A stretch of DNA of 50,278 nt from an uncultured Oscillospiraceae bacterium (lineage in GTDB: Bacteria; Bacillota; Clostridia; Oscillospirales; CAG-382): assembly GCA_964525815.1 (NCBI GenBank), contig CAZGJQ010000002.1:1-50278 (forward strand), in the 5' to 3' direction. This document shows, piece by piece, positions 46,320 to 50,278 of the stretch. Both the position numbers and the translations under genes were made by a program. Numbering within the stretch: position 1 is the stretch's first letter; the number at the start of each line of letters is the position of its first letter. The notes under the pieces were generated by a model. It did no database searches and was not told the origin of the DNA. It saw only the letters and a list, made by a program, of their open reading frames with translations.

Positions 46320-47426
46320 ATGTTTAGAAGAGAGTTTCATGTTAAAAGGGGTACGAGTACTTTTTTATACAAAGGATTCTTCTACCTCTTTATGATGCTT
46401 TTATCAATGCTGTGCTGCTTGTTTCCCAAGCTCTACTATGTTTCGGAAGCATATATGTATTATATTGTATATATTGGGTTATCGGCCTGTATTTACTTTG
46501 CCTTTATGTTTGTTTACACTGTCTACACGGGCATAAAGCCCTTGGATGCCTTGATACTTACCGAGGAAGGTATCTATGATTTTATCAACGAGCCAAAAAA
46601 CGGCATTTTTATAGATTGGACAAACGTTTCGTCGGTAAAAATATTCGGCTCCGAAAAAATGCCGCTGCTGGGTATAGAGCTGTATGACATAGAAATAATA
46701 TCAGAAATGGTTAAAAAGGCAAAAGGCGAGGAGCTGCGCACGAATGTCGAGTCCGGCTTGCCTGCCATTATAATCAAGCAGTCGGAGATAGCTCCCAGGC
46801 TGTCTCAGATATTGCCCGCCTTTAATGATTTTATTTCCGCCACCCGACCGATTCCCATAGCAAACAGTCTTTCGGATAACGACGATATTGCCGATGACCC
46901 GTTGCTGGTGGTTCCGGAGCAAATAGAAAAACAGCACAGCGGATATATATCCCATGAAGAGGACGCCTCCCCCAGAACACTCAGGGGAGCAAAAAACGCA
47001 AACGAGGTGTTTGTTTTGCCCAACAACTCCTCAATACAATCCTCCAAAAAGGAAAGAGCAGCACGGAGTATCTACGACTCGGCTGTTGTAGTACCCGGTT
47101 TAAATAACGATGTTAACACACTGCCAAAAACAAAGCCGGAGGAAAAAAACGATTCTTCTGATTCCTCGGAGGATTTTCCCGAATTCATATTGGAAAAAGA
47201 GCCCAGTCGGGAGCAGACCTTAAGCATCAAGAATACCGAGACAAAGGAAATTCCCATAACACCTCCGACAGAGGAAAAGAGCACCGTAACCGAAAAAACG
47301 GAATTAAAAAAAGCACCCGCAGAAGCTGAGGCGGCAAAAAAAGAAGCGGAGGAAATAAAAACACTCGACGAGCTCTTATCCGGCTTTTCCGTTCCGACAG
47401 GGAAAAAGTTAAAGGATAACAAATAG
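46320..47426 (+). CDS. Membrane hypothetical protein with a disordered E/K/P/T-rich tail
   Basis: Start taken at ATG 46320; the ORF-track TTG at 46302 lies inside the AAAGGAA SD. Two TM helices, a small globular segment, then about 180 aa of low complexity. Confidence 0.7.
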   Translation: MFRREFHVKRGTSTFLYKGFFYLFMMLLSMLCCLFPKLYYVSEAYMYYIVYIGLSACIYFAFMFVYTVYTGIKPLDALILTEEGIYDFINEPKNGIFIDWTNVSSVKIFGSEKMPLLGIELYDIEIISEMVKKAKGEELRTNVESGLPAIIIKQSEIAPRLSQILPAFNDFISATRPIPIANSLSDNDDIADDPLLVVPEQIEKQHSGYISHEEDASPRTLRGAKNANEVFVLPNNSSIQSSKKERAARSIYDSAVVVPGLNNDVNTLPKTKPEEKNDSSDSSEDFPEFILEKEPSREQTLSIKNTETKEIPITPPTEEKSTVTEKTELKKAPAEAEAAKKEAEEIKTLDELLSGFSVPTGKKLKDNK

Positions 47427-47535
47427 CATTGGGGTTTTTCAATAATTCGTGTCACAACCTGCTTGTTTTTGTTGTATTTTAGTTGTTTTTGTTATATAAT
47501 ACCAGCATCACGGCACAAAGAAAGGGTATTACTAA

Positions 47536-48372
47536 ATGAAGATTAAGTTTCTCGGCACAGCTGCAGCGGAGGGCTGGCCTGCTGTATTTTGCAAATGCGA
47601 CCACTGCCAAAGAGCTAAAAAAGCAGGCGGCAGGAACATACGCACTCGTTCTCAGGCATTAATAAACAACGACCTTTTAATTGATTTTCCGTCCGATACC
47701 AATTATCATATGCTGGCTCACAGCCTTGATTTGTCGGCGGTTAAATACCTGCTTATTACTCATTCCCATCTTGACCATTTTGCACCGATTGATCTTTTTT
47801 TCCGTTCAAAGAGCTATTATGCACATAATCTGACCGAGGAAAAACTGTATATGTACTCAAACGAGGCGGTGCTTGACAGATATAATAAAGCATTAGCCGA
47901 TTATAACGAGGAGCCGACCGACCAGAGCATTATCGCCTCCTTTTTACCCCTTTATACTCCCACAAAGCTTGACAGGTACACCGTAACAGCGCTGAGAGCA
48001 AACCACGCTCCCGAGCAAACCGCATATGTCTATCTGATTCAAGACAAAGACAGCACTCTTCTATATCTTCACGATACCGGCAGGCTATATGACGAGGTTT
48101 ATGACTACCTGACAGACAACAGGATAAAAGCAGATCTCATCACCTTTGACTGTACATACGGCTTGATAAAAAGCGGAGGCGGTCACTTGGGAATAGATTC
48201 CTGTCAGCCGGAGAGAGAACGCTTATTGGAGCACAAAATTGCGGGTAAGGATACCCAAATGATAGTTAACCATTTTTCACACAACGGAGGGGCTATTTAT
48301 GACGAGATGGTTCCTGTTGCGGAAGAGCTGGGCTTCCAGACCTCCTTTGACGGTATGGAAGTGGAGTTTTAA
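47536..48372 (+). CDS. MBL-fold metallo-hydrolase (PhnP-like phosphodiesterase type)
   Basis: 278 aa with an HSHLDH (HxHxDH) motif and an N-terminal Cys cluster CKCDHC, as in PhnP-type enzymes. Confidence 0.88.
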   Translation: MKIKFLGTAAAEGWPAVFCKCDHCQRAKKAGGRNIRTRSQALINNDLLIDFPSDTNYHMLAHSLDLSAVKYLLITHSHLDHFAPIDLFFRSKSYYAHNLTEEKLYMYSNEAVLDRYNKALADYNEEPTDQSIIASFLPLYTPTKLDRYTVTALRANHAPEQTAYVYLIQDKDSTLLYLHDTGRLYDEVYDYLTDNRIKADLITFDCTYGLIKSGGGHLGIDSCQPERERLLEHKIAGKDTQMIVNHFSHNGGAIYDEMVPVAEELGFQTSFDGMEVEF

Positions 48373-48380
48373 TCAAAAAT

Positions 48381-48419
48381 AAAAATCAGCTGCGGCTTCT
48401 TTTCCGCAGCTGATTTTTT
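48381..48419. terminator. Bidirectional rho-independent terminator
   Basis: AAAAATCAGCTGCGG (48381-48395) pairs with CCGCAGCTGATTTTT (48404-48418). An 11-bp GC-containing core, 8-nt loop, A-run on one side and T-run on the other. Lies between convergent genes. Confidence 0.88.
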
Positions 48420-48426
48420 GCGTTTT

Positions 48427-49470
48427 TTATGGTAATATCTCGGCAATGCTCCTGCACTCGGAGAGTGTTCCGTCCGCCTTTATGTAATATACAACGGTTT
48501 CAAAATTCTGTGCTCCGATTGCCTTGTAGAATACAACCGAACCCGCCAGTGACGGCAGCTTCTGTGTTATGTAGTTATTGCTCTGATTATACGCCAATCT
48601 TGAGTCGTTTGTAATAATAATCGCTCCCGGAAGAAAGGCTCCGTAATGCGTTACGAATGTGTCCCAGTTTGCGGCGTTTAGGATTGTGTGCTTATCGGAT
48701 ATATAGTTACTAAACCCTATAACATTATAGCCGTTAGGGTCATTTATATCCAGCCTTGTGTTGCTTGGCAGCGGGCCGGCTTCAAATAGCTTCTCAAGAT
48801 AACCGTTCCAATATGCCGGGGTGTAGTTGGTTCCGTTTATCCTCCACTCAAAGCTTGTGCTCAAAAAATCCGCATATGTAACAGCTGAGCCTGCTATGCT
48901 CTCCTTAAGAGCCCTGAACACCTCGTCCTCCTCTTCGGATTGCACTCCGGTAACCGAAACATTGAACATGGTTTCAAAGGCGTTTCCCGCATAATCAATG
49001 TCATTGTCGGTTGATTCCCAGTATATCCTCAGCTCATACACCCTTGACTGACCTGCCGCTTCCAGCGGAAATCTTCCGTTTACGGTAAGCGTACCCACTC
49101 CGTCTGTCAAGCCACCTGCACTGACTATGTTATTATCTGTATCAAAAACAGCGGCTGTAAGCGGCCCTATTGCAGATTTTCCGTCTGCAGCCTCAGCCGT
49201 TAAGGTTACGGTATAATCTATCGGCACTTCGGAAACAAACTCACCCTCGTAATTCTTAAGACCAAAGCTCCAGATGACCGTCTCGGTGGGAGCTATTTTT
49301 ACACCGAACTCAAAGGTGTCCGTGCCGTACTCGGTAAGAATAAACTCCTTGGCGACTAAGCTACCCTCCGCAAGATCATCCAGTGTTACGGTATACATAG
49401 CCATTGTACCTGCAATAACGGATGTGATTATCGTAAGAACCAGTACGAATAAAAAAACAACTCTCTTCAT
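48427..49470 (-). CDS. Secreted protein of unknown function with a SipW-type (TasA/camelysin-like) signal peptide pattern
   Basis: 347 aa. The N-terminus MKRVVFLFVLVLTIITSVIAGTMAMYT resembles the GT-x-A-x-[FY]-T motif of SipW-dependent substrates. Monocistronic, between the riboswitch and the strong terminator. Confidence 0.8.
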   Translation of the reverse strand: MKRVVFLFVLVLTIITSVIAGTMAMYTVTLDDLAEGSLVAKEFILTEYGTDTFEFGVKIAPTETVIWSFGLKNYEGEFVSEVPIDYTVTLTAEAADGKSAIGPLTAAVFDTDNNIVSAGGLTDGVGTLTVNGRFPLEAAGQSRVYELRIYWESTDNDIDYAGNAFETMFNVSVTGVQSEEEDEVFRALKESIAGSAVTYADFLSTSFEWRINGTNYTPAYWNGYLEKLFEAGPLPSNTRLDINDPNGYNVIGFSNYISDKHTILNAANWDTFVTHYGAFLPGAIIITNDSRLAYNQSNNYITQKLPSLAGSVVFYKAIGAQNFETVVYYIKADGTLSECRSIAEILP

Positions 49471-49497
49471 CCAACTACCCCTTGTTTATTATTTATA

Positions 49498-49528
49498 AAG
49501 AAAAAACCGCTACATATCCTGTAGCGGT
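49498..49528 (-). terminator. Intrinsic terminator forming the riboswitch expression platform
   Basis: On the minus strand: ACCGCUACA-GGAUA-UGUAGCGGU (9-bp stem) followed by UUUUUU. Its 5' arm overlaps the 3' end of the aptamer (GGUUACCGCUAC). Confidence 0.8.
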
Positions 49529-49605
49529 AACCGGCTGTCATACCAAAAAAGGCTTAGACCCTATGGCTTTGCGTGATAGACTTTCGCCTATTTTGCTTTT
49601 CACAT
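49524..49605 (-). promoter_or_regulatory. c-di-GMP-I (GEMM-I) riboswitch aptamer
   Basis: The minus-strand RNA reads GUGAAAAGCAAAAUAGGCGAAAGUCUAUCACGCAAAGCCAUAGGGUCUAAGCCUUUUUUGGUAUGACAGCCGGUUACCGC. It contains the GEMM-I hallmarks GCAAA, a GAAA-capped hairpin, ACGCAAAGCC, GGGUCUAA and AUGACAGCCGGUUACCG. Confidence 0.78.
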
Positions 49606-49617
49606 TAATTTATTCTT

Positions 49618-49646
49618 ATCATATCACTTTTGATATAGTTTGTCAA
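49618..49646 (-). promoter_or_regulatory. Promoter TTGACA-17-TATGAT driving the riboswitch leader
   Basis: On the minus strand: TTGACA (49646-49641), 17 nt, TATGAT (49623-49618). About 140-nt leader to ATG 49470. Confidence 0.6.
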
Positions 49647-49682
49647 TATTTATTTTTGCATTCCGTAGTCTTGTCCTTTATT

Positions 49683-50278
49683 CTATAATATCATTGCAAC
49701 TCTTGCGCCTTCGTAAATAGCTTCTACCGCGGACCGGGCCTCCTTTGCGTCACCTATGATATAAACCTCCTCGGCTAATTCCTTTTCCCTGTCCTTGAAA
49801 GGATTATAAGCGTTTGCACCTAAAGCAAGGATAATGGAATCGTAGCCGCTAAGTGTCGTTTGTTTTCCGTTCCGCTCGCATATGACGCCGTCCTCGGTAA
49901 ACTCTACAATCTTTGTATTGGTCAGAATATCGACACCTTCTTCCTTAAAACGTCGGTATAAAGTCTCTCTGACAGTCATAAACAGGTCAAGTCCAATATG
50001 CTCGGTCATCTCCGCCACAGTTACCTTATCACAATAATCGGTGCAGTACTCGGCGGTTTCAACGCCCACAACACCGCCTCCCACCACAAGCACCTTCCCC
50101 GATACCTGCTGCCCGAGCAGCACATCGTTTGCCATCTTGATTCTCGGTCCGTCAATTCCCGGAATTCTTGGTCTCTTTTGAAGAGCTCCGGTTGCAATTA
50201 TTAACACATCCGGACTGATTTTCTTTACAAAATCAGCGTCAACCTCCTTTTCAAAGACCATTTCGACTCCGTATTTAT
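49683..50278 (-). CDS. FAD/NAD(P)-binding oxidoreductase, C-terminal part (5' end off window)
   Basis: Rossmann motif KVLVVGGGVVGVETAEY and a terminal YIIGDA motif, like the C-terminal pyridine-nucleotide-disulfide domain of NADH:flavin/2,4-dienoyl-CoA reductase-type enzymes. The reading frame stays open to the window edge. Confidence 0.8.
   Translation of the reverse strand, partial: KYGVEMVFEKEVDADFVKKISPDVLIIATGALQKRPRIPGIDGPRIKMANDVLLGQQVSGKVLVVGGGVVGVETAEYCTDYCDKVTVAEMTEHIGLDLFMTVRETLYRRFKEEGVDILTNTKIVEFTEDGVICERNGKQTTLSGYDSIILALGANAYNPFKDREKELAEEVYIIGDAKEARSAVEAIYEGARVAMIL

Noticed and set aside
49482-49688. 68-aa plus-strand ORF.
   Set aside because: It lies antisense to the riboswitch leader and promoter. 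The structured-RNA interpretation explains the sequence much better.
1-50278. Scan for CRISPR arrays, IS elements/transposases, integrases, tRNA/rRNA genes and defence-system genes (nucleases, helicases, toxin-antitoxin pairs).
   Set aside because: No direct-repeat/spacer arrays, terminal inverted repeats, recombinase-like ORFs or tRNA-like cloverleaf sequences were seen in any intergenic region. The accessory content is envelope- and transport-related rather than defence-related.

Overview
This window looks like a Clostridia-type (low-GC Gram-positive) chromosomal segment; that taxonomic call rests only on gene content and order. All calls come from reading the ORF translations and intergenic DNA by eye, with no searches run.

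**Layout**
- **1-15.5 kb, minus strand:** the complete S10-spc-alpha ribosomal protein supercluster, rpsJ through rplQ. It includes secY, adk, map, a KOW protein, infA, rpmJ and rpoA. rpmJ, rpmD and the edge-truncated rplQ are missing from the ORF track and were found by hand.
- **15.9-17.6 kb, plus strand:** pgcA-like phosphoglucomutase.
- **17.6-25.5 kb, minus strand:** a seven-gene operon behind a consensus sigma-A promoter. It joins a KamA-family radical SAM aminomutase and a membrane-anchored Ig-repeat/transglutaminase-core protein to a non-canonical Dlt-like set. That set has an adenylating enzyme, carrier protein, AlgI-size MBOAT, DltD-like protein and a lipoprotein.
- **25.6-38.2 kb, minus strand:** a 12.5 kb ABC-type operon with no ATPase and no regulator. 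It has a 1123-aa binding protein with duplicated CBM-like modules, two permease pairs, an NHL-propeller/TPR/Yip1 membrane fusion and a 969-aa secreted protein.
- **38.8-50.3 kb:** a degenerate LdcB/VanY-like protein, PFOR (nifJ), YifB/ComM, two unknown membrane proteins behind a cluster of DnaA-box-like repeats, and a PhnP-like MBL hydrolase. Then comes a secreted protein preceded by what reads as a c-di-GMP-I (GEMM-I) riboswitch with an intrinsic terminator, and a truncated FAD oxidoreductase.

No tRNA or rRNA genes, CRISPR arrays or mobile elements were seen.

**Best candidates for new biology**
- the KamA plus Dlt-like envelope-modification operon
- the Yip1/NHL-containing ABC operon
- the riboswitch-controlled secreted protein
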